From Candidatus Arthromitus sp. SFB-rat-Yit (lineage in GTDB: Bacteria > Bacillota > Clostridia > Clostridiales > Clostridiaceae), in NCBI RefSeq assembly GCF_000283555.1, contig NC_016012.1, positions 420,001 to 452,000 on the forward strand: a stretch of DNA of 32,000 nt. The letters are read 5' to 3'. Both the position numbers and the translations under genes were made by a program. Positions 9,702 through 19,124 of this stretch are shown piece by piece. Positions within the stretch are counted from its first letter, which is position 1. The number at the start of each line of letters is the position of its first letter. The notes beneath the pieces are model-generated. The model saw nothing but the letters and a program-made list of their open reading frames with translations, was not told the DNA's origin and ran no database searches.

Positions 9702-10184
9702 TTAATTAATTTTTTTGTATATATTTATAAAGAACATATTATACTCTTTTTGATTGATAAGTTTAAAATTAGTTAGGTCTATATTTAATTTTACAGATTG
9801 GTTTACAGGATAGAGTTTAGTGTATTCATTTTTTATTATTGTTAGATGTATTTCGTCATAGAAAGGTGTAAAATGTTTATATATTTCATTTCCACCTATT
9901 ATAAAAATATCTTTTGATGTATTTAGTTTTAAAACATCATTTATATCATTAAAAACTATATAAGATTTGTTATCTGGGTTACATAAATTACGAGAAATAA
10001 TTATATTTTTCCTGTTCGATAGAGGTTTATTATCTAAACTATTGAAAGTTTTTCTACCCATAACTATTATATTACCAATAGTTTTTTCCTTAAATATTTT
10101 AAGGTCTTCTTTAATGCGGTAAATAAGTTCATTATTTATACCGAGTGAATTGTATTTATCAATGCATGCAATTAACTTGATCAT
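9702..10184 (-). CDS. folA: Dihydrofolate reductase
   Basis: SLGINNELIYRIKEDLKIFKEKTIGNIIVMGRKTFNSL and IIGGNEIYKHFTPFYDEIHLTII. Confidence 0.93.
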   Translation of the reverse strand: MIKLIACIDKYNSLGINNELIYRIKEDLKIFKEKTIGNIIVMGRKTFNSLDNKPLSNRKNIIISRNLCNPDNKSYIVFNDINDVLKLNTSKDIFIIGGNEIYKHFTPFYDEIHLTIIKNEYTKLYPVNQSVKLNIDLTNFKLINQKEYNMFFINIYKKIN

Positions 10185-10186
10185 AA

Positions 10187-11014
10187 TTAAATTCCTAACT
10201 CAAATTTTAATTGTGGTGATGTATACTCGTAGTTTTCTATTTCAAAGTCATCAATTGTGAAACTATAAAAATCAGTTTTATTTGTATTTAGTTTCAAAAT
10301 TGGTTGTTTGCCTATTTTTCTGTCAAGTAGTATGAGGGCTTGATTGATATGTCTTTCATAAATATGTACGTTATTAATAATACGAGTGAATTTTCCGGGT
10401 TTTAAATTACATGTTTTGGATATCATCATTTGAAGAGCCACATATTGTATTAAGTTTATTGAGGATGATACAAGAAAATCTGAGCTTCTTTGTACGAGCA
10501 TTGTATCTAAAAAATCTCCTCTTACAGAGAATAAAGTTTGAAAAGCACAAGGATTAAGTCCATCACTATCTTCAAAATCTTTTTCCTGCCATAAATTTAT
10601 AATATGACGTCTTCCATAAGGATCTTTTTTTATACCATCAATCAACTTGTTTATAAGATCATATCTTTTTACAGTTTCCCCATATCTTATACCGATTGTA
10701 TTTGGGTATTTAAGGCTTTCCCATTCATCCCACCAAAAGATGTTATATTTATTTCTGAGTAGATTTAGATCAGATGTTTGATCTTGATATATCCAAAAGA
10801 TTTCTTTTATAGCATTTTTGACTGGTATGTATCTCAATGTTATTATAGGAAATTCATTTTTTGATATATCGTAACTTTCCACGTAATGAGTTATAAATTT
10901 TGAATATGCGGGAGAACCATCTTTGTATTTTGGACGTGGATTTTTGTCAAATATTCCGTTATTTAATATGTTTTTAATGCAATTTTTATGGTTTATATCA
11001 GCAACACAAATCAT
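10187..11014 (-). CDS. thyA: Thymidylate synthase
   Basis: Active-site region LNPCAFQTLFSV, QRSSDF, RRHIINLWQ, HIYERHINQ. Confidence 0.95.
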   Translation of the reverse strand: MICVADINHKNCIKNILNNGIFDKNPRPKYKDGSPAYSKFITHYVESYDISKNEFPIITLRYIPVKNAIKEIFWIYQDQTSDLNLLRNKYNIFWWDEWESLKYPNTIGIRYGETVKRYDLINKLIDGIKKDPYGRRHIINLWQEKDFEDSDGLNPCAFQTLFSVRGDFLDTMLVQRSSDFLVSSSINLIQYVALQMMISKTCNLKPGKFTRIINNVHIYERHINQALILLDRKIGKQPILKLNTNKTDFYSFTIDDFEIENYEYTSPQLKFELGI

Positions 11015-11185
11015 TTTTTAAATCCTTATAATTAATAAATTAGTATTATTGAAATATAATATAGTATTTTTGGTAAATTTTCTATATAAAAGTTAAAATT
11101 AATGAATTAATGCAAGATTAGGGTAATATATTTAATTTTAATTTAAAAATTTTACACTTAGAATTACTTATTAAGAGGTGAGGGA

Positions 11186-12607
11186 ATGGATTGTTGTTTG
11201 GTTATAGATATTTCAAAAATAAATTTAAAAATAATGTGTATTATGCTTAAAAATGATAGAATATTTATGCAAGAAGTTCATAGATGTTCAAAAATAACAT
11301 CAAATATATTTAATTCTATGAAATATTTGAATGTAGATAAAATAATAAAGGAAATAAATGAAGCTTTAGTTAGTGTTAAACAGATAGGGTATAATGTTGA
11401 ATCAATTTCTATAAATTCTTCTATAAATGAACCTATTATTTTGGATGAAAATAATAATTTAGTAATGGAAATATATTTAGGTTTAAATATGAAATCTATT
11501 TATTTAAATAAGATAGTAAATGAATTAGGAAGTGCGTATATTTATAGAAAAACGGGAGTAGAACTTAATAGTAATGATACTTTGTGTAGACTTTTGATGT
11601 GTAAAGATATGCATAAAAATGAATTTAAAAATATCAGGAAAATTGTTTATTTAAGTGATTATATAGCTTATAGATTAACAGGCAATTTATTTAATGAGAG
11701 AAGTCAGCTTGGATTTTCACAATTATTTAATTTTAAAAATCAAAAGATTGATAGCGATATGATTGACTATATAGGTTTTGATAACGATTTAGAATTTAAT
11801 ATAGTAGATTATGGTAAAAGTATTGGTAATTGTAAAGTAAATGGAGTGGATGTAATATCTCCTTATGGTAATACGTTATTATCATCATTTTTTACTACTC
11901 ATATATTAAATAAAAATTCTATATTTATAATTAATTCTTATGAAGGGATTATTGGATGTACCGAAGATTTTTCTAAGATGTATCTTGAAGGTTCTAAATT
12001 TGGTTTAAATCATCAATTATTTAATAGTGATTTAGTGAAAATATTTAGATATATACCATGCTATAAATTGGTTGATGATTTTTTGAAGAATATAGAGAAC
12101 AATTTTATGATTGAGAATTTGTGGAATATTTTGGATAGTGATGAAGATATAAATTATATTATAGATTTTGATAGCGATATATTTAAAAATTCAGCGTTGT
12201 TAATGAATATTGTGAAATATTATTTTGATTTTAAGTTAAATGGTATGCCAAATTCTATTTCTGATTTTATAAGGATTGTTTATAATAGTTTTGCTGTATA
12301 TTATAAAAAGTGTATAAAAGATTTTGAAAAAATAACTGGTGGTATATTTGATAGTATATGTATGGTTGGAGATTATAGTTTAAATAGTTCTTATAATCAA
12401 TTTATATCTGATATTACGCTAAAAGATTTAAAAATCGGGCCTAAAGATTCAGGTATTATAGGAAATGCAATAAATCAGTTTCTTTCGACTGGTAAGATAA
12501 AAAATGTTTATGATGTTGATTATTTACTTGAAAATTCCTTTAATTATTCACAAATAAAGTATAGTGGGAAAAAAATTGATTATCAGTATTTAGAAAATAT
12601 AGTTTGA
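11186..12607 (+). CDS. FGGY-family (rhamnulokinase-like) carbohydrate kinase homologue, probably catalytically degenerate
   Basis: VYLSDYIAYRLTGNLFNERSQLGFSQLFNFKNQKID and a C-terminal CMVGDYSLNSSYNQFISD...GPKDSGIIGNAINQFLSTGKI match FGGY landmarks; the ATP/catalytic motifs are not conserved. Confidence 0.65.
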   Translation: MDCCLVIDISKINLKIMCIMLKNDRIFMQEVHRCSKITSNIFNSMKYLNVDKIIKEINEALVSVKQIGYNVESISINSSINEPIILDENNNLVMEIYLGLNMKSIYLNKIVNELGSAYIYRKTGVELNSNDTLCRLLMCKDMHKNEFKNIRKIVYLSDYIAYRLTGNLFNERSQLGFSQLFNFKNQKIDSDMIDYIGFDNDLEFNIVDYGKSIGNCKVNGVDVISPYGNTLLSSFFTTHILNKNSIFIINSYEGIIGCTEDFSKMYLEGSKFGLNHQLFNSDLVKIFRYIPCYKLVDDFLKNIENNFMIENLWNILDSDEDINYIIDFDSDIFKNSALLMNIVKYYFDFKLNGMPNSISDFIRIVYNSFAVYYKKCIKDFEKITGGIFDSICMVGDYSLNSSYNQFISDITLKDLKIGPKDSGIIGNAINQFLSTGKIKNVYDVDYLLENSFNYSQIKYSGKKIDYQYLENIV

Positions 12608-12615
12608 TTTTTTTT

Positions 12616-12652
12616 AAATAGCTACTTTTTTATAAAGGTAGCTATTTTATTG
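12616..12652. terminator. Intrinsic terminator
   Basis: AAATAGCTAC ... GTAGCTATTT with T-rich flanks. Confidence 0.8.
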
Positions 12653-12721
12653 TTTAAATATAGATTTATTACAATTATCTATGATATAATAAAGGATAAT
12701 TTTAGTTTGGGGGATATCTTA

Positions 12722-13717
12722 ATGAAAAAATATGTAACACTCGTTCCAGGATCAAGTCATCACATATATAAGATAGGACTAGGAACATATGATATTTTAA
12801 AAAGTGGGTTGTCAGAGGAAAAACTTGAAGAGTTATTGACAGATTTTTTAGATATGGGAGGAAATGTAATAGATACTTCAGTATCTGAATTAGGATTAAG
12901 AATAAATGAAATAGAGGAATCACAAAAGTTTGTCGGTAGATGGATTAGCAATTGTGGTAGACGTAAAACTATTTATCTGATTTCTAAAAGTTCTTTTCTT
13001 TTAAAAAGTAATACTTTTGATTCTTTGTTAAATGATGTGAATATTAGTTTAAAAAATTTAAATACTAATTATTTAGATTTACTTTTAATTGATGGTGACG
13101 ATCAACACACAGATGTATCTTTGATACTTGAATATTTGGAAAAAATTAAAAAAGATGGTAAGATACTAAGTTATGGATGTTCTAATTGGAAGCCTTATAG
13201 AATTAGACAAGCTATGGAATATGCAAATAAAAATAATATTGAAGGTTTTGTAGTTAATCAAATGTTATGGAATGTAGGTGTTTGCGGAATGGACAACTCT
13301 AAAATAGATGACAAATATGTAAAGATGGATTCAGAAATGATGGACATACATAATGAATTTAATATATTGGCAATGCCATATTCTGCACTAGCAGGTGGTT
13401 TTTTTGCAAAACTCTATTTAAATGAAATGGAACCACAAACTGTTGATATGGAAGGACTTAAATTAAATTCACCATATTATACTGAAAAAAATTTGAACTT
13501 ATATGAAGAACTTAAAGTTATAGGAGAAAAATATATAGCATCGCCATCATGGGCTGCGCTCGGATATTTATTTAATCAAAGAATAGAGACATGTTCTATA
13601 ATATCAGTTAATAATTTAAATCAGTTAAAAGAGGCATTTGAAGCTATAGATATAAAATATAGTTTTGAAGATTTTAAAAATATAGATATATTTAATAATG
13701 AAGAAATTTTAGTTTAA
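12722..13717 (+). CDS. Aldo/keto reductase-like protein with substituted catalytic residues
   Basis: Family landmarks GGNVIDTS, LISKSSF, NTNYLDLLLIDGDD, KIKKDGKILSYGCSNWKPYRIRQAM, GFVVNQMLW. RBS GGGGG precedes ATG 12722, not the track start 12650. Confidence 0.75.
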   Translation: MKKYVTLVPGSSHHIYKIGLGTYDILKSGLSEEKLEELLTDFLDMGGNVIDTSVSELGLRINEIEESQKFVGRWISNCGRRKTIYLISKSSFLLKSNTFDSLLNDVNISLKNLNTNYLDLLLIDGDDQHTDVSLILEYLEKIKKDGKILSYGCSNWKPYRIRQAMEYANKNNIEGFVVNQMLWNVGVCGMDNSKIDDKYVKMDSEMMDIHNEFNILAMPYSALAGGFFAKLYLNEMEPQTVDMEGLKLNSPYYTEKNLNLYEELKVIGEKYIASPSWAALGYLFNQRIETCSIISVNNLNQLKEAFEAIDIKYSFEDFKNIDIFNNEEILV

Positions 13718-13784
13718 AATTTTAATATTTAGGTATGTTTATAATGATGGGAATTAGATATTATTAGATTTTGGAGGAAATATT

Positions 13785-14954
13785 TTGAAAGAATTTTGGG
13801 GAAATTTTAAGAGACATAGATTTTTTATTATTTTTATTATGGTTATCATGGTGGTTTTACTAAATAAGGCAATTGATTATGTGCCAGGTTTTTGGTATAG
13901 AATTACAGAAATTAGTTCGAAGATGTTTAATATATGTCAGCCAATAATTATTGCTGCTATTATGTCTTATATATTAAAACCATTAGTTAACTTATTAGAT
14001 AAAGTGTATTTCAAATTGTTTTACAAAGTTAAAAAAGATCAAAATCCAGTAGAGATTGTTTCAAAGAAACAATTTAGTAGAATAAGACTTTTAACTGTTG
14101 TAACAGTACTTTTAGTTCTAGGTTCTGCATTTGCTATACTTATAACATTTATATTAGAACCATTTTTAAAAAGTTTAAAATCTCTTATAATACAGTTGCC
14201 AGATTATCTTAATATTGTTTTAGAATTTTTAGGTAATTTTGAAATTGATCCAAATATTATAAATAATATAAATGAGAAGGTTGCCTATTTCTTAAATAAT
14301 AATCTTAAAAATGTTTTAGATATATCTATTTCTGCTGTGACATCATTAATTTCCAGTACCGGTACATTTATATTTAATTTTTTAGTGGCTGTAATTTTAT
14401 CTGTTTATATTTTAAGAGATAAGGAAAAAATAGCAAAATTTTTCTCAACATTATCAGATGTAATATTTAGAAATAAAATTAGTATGAAGATTAAAAATTT
14501 TGTATTAGATTTTGATCAGATATTTAGTGGATATTTTACAGGGGTTATTGTAGATGCAATATTTGTTGGAGTGTGTTCGTTTATTTTAACTTATATTATA
14601 AAAAATCCATATGCACTTATAATTGGAGTGCTTGCAGGTGTAAGTAATGTAATACCATACTTAGGTCCGCTAATCGGTGCTATAGGTGCTTTTGTTTTGG
14701 GATTGCCATCTGGATTTAGTACAGCTATAATTGGATTTTTATTGCTTATGGCATTTCAGCAAATTGAAGGTAATTTGATTCAACCTAAGATATTGGGGGA
14801 CTTTGTTGGATTGTCACCACTTGTTGTCATAGTATCTTTAATAGTAGGTGGAGGATTATTTGGAATTGCTGGGATAATATTGTCATCTCCTGTTGTAGGA
14901 ATAATTTCTCTTTATTATAAAAGATATTTGAAAAAGATAAATAAGGGAATTTAA
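13785..14954 (+). CDS. AI-2E family transporter (UPF0118/YtvI-like permease)
   Basis: AYILKPLVNLLDKVY, VSNVIPYLGPLIGAIGAFVLGLPSG, GNLIQPKILGDFVGLSPLVVIVSLIVGGGLFGIAGIILSSPV; TTG start with GGAGG RBS. Confidence 0.92.
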   Translation: MKEFWGNFKRHRFFIIFIMVIMVVLLNKAIDYVPGFWYRITEISSKMFNICQPIIIAAIMSYILKPLVNLLDKVYFKLFYKVKKDQNPVEIVSKKQFSRIRLLTVVTVLLVLGSAFAILITFILEPFLKSLKSLIIQLPDYLNIVLEFLGNFEIDPNIINNINEKVAYFLNNNLKNVLDISISAVTSLISSTGTFIFNFLVAVILSVYILRDKEKIAKFFSTLSDVIFRNKISMKIKNFVLDFDQIFSGYFTGVIVDAIFVGVCSFILTYIIKNPYALIIGVLAGVSNVIPYLGPLIGAIGAFVLGLPSGFSTAIIGFLLLMAFQQIEGNLIQPKILGDFVGLSPLVVIVSLIVGGGLFGIAGIILSSPVVGIISLYYKRYLKKINKGI

Positions 14955-14956
14955 CG

Positions 14957-14993
14957 AGGATGCGTTGATTTTATATCAATGCATCCTTTATTT
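14957..14993 (+). terminator. Intrinsic terminator
   Basis: AGGATGCGTTGA...TCAATGCATCCTTTATTTATTT. Confidence 0.85.
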
Positions 14994-15089
14994 ATTTAAT
15001 TGAATAAATTAGTTAAATAATTTGATTGATTAGTATCAATAATAAATAGTGTAGTGATTAAATTTTTACATAGAGTTAAGGTGATATTT

Positions 15090-18000
15090 ATGAGTGATAG
15101 TTTGAAAAGATATCAAGATGTTTCTATTAATTTTAGTTTAGATAATAAGACAATATATTTAGATAACATTTATAATGAGGATTTTTTAGACTTATATGTT
15201 TTGAAAAGTTATAACGAAGATATTTATTCTAATTTTATTAATTTTATATTTTCAGATAGTATTGAGGTATTAAAGATTATTGAGGATCCTTTAACTTGGC
15301 AGAGTGATAAATTATTTAAAATTAAGGAAGAAGTAAATAAAATAAAAAAAGATAAGCTTAGTAAATTTGAGGAAAGCCATGATTTCCCAAATATAAAGGA
15401 TTATGAGATATTTTTGGATAATTTTTATAAAGGCAATGTAAGCAAAAATTTGGATTTAGTAAATATCCAATATAGCAATATGAATAACGTAAGTTTAAAT
15501 TTAGATAAGTTGTGTAAAGGTAATAAAAGAAGTGATTTGTATATAGGATATCCATTTATTGAAGGGTATATTGATAATGTAGGTTTTGTTCGTATGCCAT
15601 TTTTTCTTATACCTGTCGAAGTATTTAGTGAGAATAATGAGTGGTTTATCAGAAAAATGCTTAAAAGAAAGATAAAGATAAATAGGTATTTGATTATTAT
15701 ATTTCAAAGAATTCTTAAACGTAAAAATTTAGAAATTAAACTTGATTATGATTTCAATAGAGATTTTAAAAAAGATGTGTTAAAAGTATCATTAGATTTT
15801 TTAAAAAGTTTAGATATTGGATTTCATAATAATGATGTAATTTTAGACAATAAGTTTGATGAATTTTTGGGTATGATACGGAACTTAGGTAGTGATAAGT
15901 CTGATCTTGATATTAAAAATTATTTAGTTTTGGGTAGGTTTGATGTAATAGGAAATAAGTATGAGGATTATGAATCACTTATTTATACAGATATGTCTAA
16001 AACTCTTGTAGGAAGACTGATTTCTAATGATTGTGATAATAAAGATAATTATAAAGAAGATATATATAAAGAAATTTATGTTAAAGATAAATTGGATTTT
16101 GATCAAAAGAAGTCTATTTGTTTAAGTGATGATAGCTATATTACACTTATAAATTCAAATTTAGATATAGGAAAAGATACTACGGTAACTAATTTTATAT
16201 TTGATAAAATATGTAAAAATAAAAGTTTACTTGTAGTTTCTAAAAATAAGGAATATTTGAAAAAATTATACAATGAATTTTCTTCTACAAAACCTATTAT
16301 TATGGATTTATTTCAAAGCAATTTCTATCAAAAATTTTATAGGAGTTTTGATAGAATGCTTAATTTTAAAAAAAATTCAGATATAACTAGAGAATTTAAT
16401 GAAATTTTGGATGGTATTAATAAGAATTATCGTTTTATAGAAGATTCAAATGAAATTTATAATAAAATAGAAAATTTTGGTTTATCGCTTAAAGATATGT
16501 ATGAGTTAACAATGAATTTAGGTGATAATGATATCGATAAGGTATCGTTTTCTAAATTTAAATTAAATAATCCTGTTTCAGGTTGTACATTTGATGAAAT
16601 TATTGGTGCAATTGATAAAATTAAAGATGAGAATTTAATTGATATTTTTATATCGCATAAAGAGTATTTGAATAAACATAAAATTCTAAATTCTATAAGA
16701 GAAGATTTTAATTTTGATGATGTCAATTTATATTTAGGTAGATTAAAATCACTTAGAGAAAAATATGATAAGTTGTCCTTGGATATTGATCAAAATAAAT
16801 GTAGTGAGAGTGTAGTTGAATTATTTAAGGAAAATAGTTTTACAAAAAATGAGATTATAGATAAGTGTTTTAAATGTAATGAACATTATATTGAATCTGA
16901 TAAGTATGATAATTCTGATGTTTCAGAATTTTGGATTAAAAGTTTATGGTTTGGGAAAAACAATAAAAAAAGTACAGAAGTTAATAAGCGAGCTTTGATA
17001 GATACTGAAATGTATTATGAGGCTGTAAAAAAGATTGATTTTGATATAAGTTTTATTAAAGATATAGTAAAGCATGATAAATTTGAATTTATCAGGGAGA
17101 GGGTATTTAGTTTTAACGATATAACTTATTTTTTAGATAATTTAATAGAAATGATGGATAGTTTTCACGAATTTATAGAGTATAGTTATAAAATTAAAAA
17201 TTTTACCACACTTGTGAATGATATCTTGGAGTATGTATATAACAACTCAATTAGCGAGAAAATGATGAAAGATAATTTAGATAAAATTTTAAAATTTTCT
17301 ATATTTGTAAATATTTCAAGAAGACATAGTAAACACGGTGATGCACTTGAAAATTATAAAATGGTTGATAGATATTTTAACAATCTTATAGAATTATTTG
17401 ATAAAAGAGCGAGTGTATTAGAAAAATTCATACTAAATAATGTTATGAGTGAAGCGAAAGAGAGTTTAATTGGTACGGATGATAAAATAAACAAAAATGA
17501 TTTTTCGAATATTTCCAAATATTTAATTAAAGATTTTATAAATACTTTTAATAAAGAATGTTTAAAATTATTTCCATGCTTTTTAGTTGATTACGAAGAA
17601 GTATTTTCTAGAATACCTTTAATTGAAGGTTTATTTGACTATGTAGTTTTTGTAGATGGGCACAATTATTTTTTAGAGGAAATTATACCTATAGTATATA
17701 GAGGGAAAAAGATGGTTATATTTGGTAGCGATAACCAAATTGATTGTAGTAGTAGGAGTTATAATATAATATCTCGTGATGTTATAGAAGTTTCAAATAA
17801 TGTATTTAAATTTTTGGGTGATAAATTTAATAGAGTAGATTTAAAATATACGTATACATCTGGTAATGAAATTTTTAGAGATATATCAAATTGTTTATTC
17901 AAAACAAAAGATATTATTTCGTTACCTAAGGATAGAAAATACTCATATATGGATAATCCGTTTATGATATTTACTATAGGCAATAAAGATATAGAAAATA

Positions 18001-19010
18001 TAAATGAATATGAAGCGAAATTTGTTGTAGATCTTTTGTTCAAGCATTTAAAAGTTAAAGAATACGAGGAATCCATTGGGATAGTTACAATAAATAGAAA
18101 TCATGCAGATTTAATTAAAAATGTAATCAAGGATAGATTAAAGTTAGATGAAGAATTTAATTTTTTGTATAATAAGGAGTGTAAAAAATACAAATCAAAT
18201 GATGGAATATATATAACAAGCATTTCTGAAATTTCATATAAGAAGATAGATATTGTAATATTTTCTTTAGGTGGCGAGAGAAATCTAGAAAATGAGATAG
18301 AAATTAAATTTAATGATATAGAAAATCAAAATTGTAGAAATAAATTAAACATGTTTTTGATGATGACTCAATGTGAAATGGATATAGTTACATCACTTAG
18401 TATAAGCGATATAGAAAATAAGGAATATTTTAATGAAAATATAAATGTTTTGAAGAAATATTTAAACTATGCTAATGAAATTTATAGTGGTAATATGATT
18501 AAAGTTATGGATGAATTAAATTATGGTGAGAAATTTGATAATAAATCTACCAAGATATTAGATATTATACATGATAAGCTAGTTGATAGAGGACTTATTG
18601 TAGAGAAAAATTTTGGAACGCAATTTTACAAATTTGATTTTGCAATATATGACAAAGATCTTAAAAAGTATATTTTATTTGTGGAATTTGAATCTAGTAT
18701 AATTCAAAAATTTAAAGATAAACCAGAAAGATACGTAGATTGTTTTATTTATTTTGATAAACTTGGATACAATGTTTTAAAAATTTGGAGCAGAGATTTA
18801 TGGAGCGATATAGATTTCCAGGTTGAAAATATAATTTATAATTATTTTTTAGTTAGAGATAAATTATTGAAATTGAGGTCTAAAAATATTTTAGTAGAAA
18901 ATTTAATTAATAAACATACGATCTTAAGTAAATTTGTAGATATTATTGAAAATAGACGAATAGAGTTGATTTGTGAAAATAGTGGAAATAAAAGTTTGAT
19001 AAAAAGATAG
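15090..19010 (+). CDS. Large DUF4011/SF1 (Upf1-like) helicase-like protein with C-terminal Vsr/PD-(D/E)XK-like domain; NTPase motifs eroded
   Basis: LYIGYPFIEGYIDNVGFVRMPFFLIPVEVF; DFDQKKSICLSDD...INSNLDIGKDTTVTNFIFDKICKNKSLLVVSKNKEYLKKLY; SIGIVTINRNHADLI; C-term YKFDFAIYDKDLKKYILFVEFES...LGYNVLKIWSRDLWSD. RBS AAGGTGAT precedes ATG 15090. Confidence 0.65.
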   Translation: MSDSLKRYQDVSINFSLDNKTIYLDNIYNEDFLDLYVLKSYNEDIYSNFINFIFSDSIEVLKIIEDPLTWQSDKLFKIKEEVNKIKKDKLSKFEESHDFPNIKDYEIFLDNFYKGNVSKNLDLVNIQYSNMNNVSLNLDKLCKGNKRSDLYIGYPFIEGYIDNVGFVRMPFFLIPVEVFSENNEWFIRKMLKRKIKINRYLIIIFQRILKRKNLEIKLDYDFNRDFKKDVLKVSLDFLKSLDIGFHNNDVILDNKFDEFLGMIRNLGSDKSDLDIKNYLVLGRFDVIGNKYEDYESLIYTDMSKTLVGRLISNDCDNKDNYKEDIYKEIYVKDKLDFDQKKSICLSDDSYITLINSNLDIGKDTTVTNFIFDKICKNKSLLVVSKNKEYLKKLYNEFSSTKPIIMDLFQSNFYQKFYRSFDRMLNFKKNSDITREFNEILDGINKNYRFIEDSNEIYNKIENFGLSLKDMYELTMNLGDNDIDKVSFSKFKLNNPVSGCTFDEIIGAIDKIKDENLIDIFISHKEYLNKHKILNSIREDFNFDDVNLYLGRLKSLREKYDKLSLDIDQNKCSESVVELFKENSFTKNEIIDKCFKCNEHYIESDKYDNSDVSEFWIKSLWFGKNNKKSTEVNKRALIDTEMYYEAVKKIDFDISFIKDIVKHDKFEFIRERVFSFNDITYFLDNLIEMMDSFHEFIEYSYKIKNFTTLVNDILEYVYNNSISEKMMKDNLDKILKFSIFVNISRRHSKHGDALENYKMVDRYFNNLIELFDKRASVLEKFILNNVMSEAKESLIGTDDKINKNDFSNISKYLIKDFINTFNKECLKLFPCFLVDYEEVFSRIPLIEGLFDYVVFVDGHNYFLEEIIPIVYRGKKMVIFGSDNQIDCSSRSYNIISRDVIEVSNNVFKFLGDKFNRVDLKYTYTSGNEIFRDISNCLFKTKDIISLPKDRKYSYMDNPFMIFTIGNKDIENINEYEAKFVVDLLFKHLKVKEYEESIGIVTINRNHADLIKNVIKDRLKLDEEFNFLYNKECKKYKSNDGIYITSISEISYKKIDIVIFSLGGERNLENEIEIKFNDIENQNCRNKLNMFLMMTQCEMDIVTSLSISDIENKEYFNENINVLKKYLNYANEIYSGNMIKVMDELNYGEKFDNKSTKILDIIHDKLVDRGLIVEKNFGTQFYKFDFAIYDKDLKKYILFVEFESSIIQKFKDKPERYVDCFIYFDKLGYNVLKIWSRDLWSDIDFQVENIIYNYFLVRDKLLKLRSKNILVENLINKHTILSKFVDIIENRRIELICENSGNKSLIKR

Positions 19011-19032
19011 TAGTGAAACTACTATCTTTTTT
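19001..19032 (+). terminator. Intrinsic terminator between the helicase-like gene and the essC-like gene
   Basis: AAAAGATAGTAGT-GAA-ACTACTATCTTTTTTT. Confidence 0.88.
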
Positions 19033-19049
19033 TGATTACAAAATTATTT

Positions 19050-19105
19050 CAAAATATTGAATAAAGTGTTGAAATGTGTTAATATATTGTTTACAAAATA
19101 TTGAA
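19050..19105 (+). repeat. Two copies of a 12-nt direct repeat CAAAATATTGAA upstream of the essC-like gene
   Basis: Copies at 19050-19061 and 19094-19105. Confidence 0.85.
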
Positions 19106-19124
19106 AAATTTTTAAGAGGGGATT

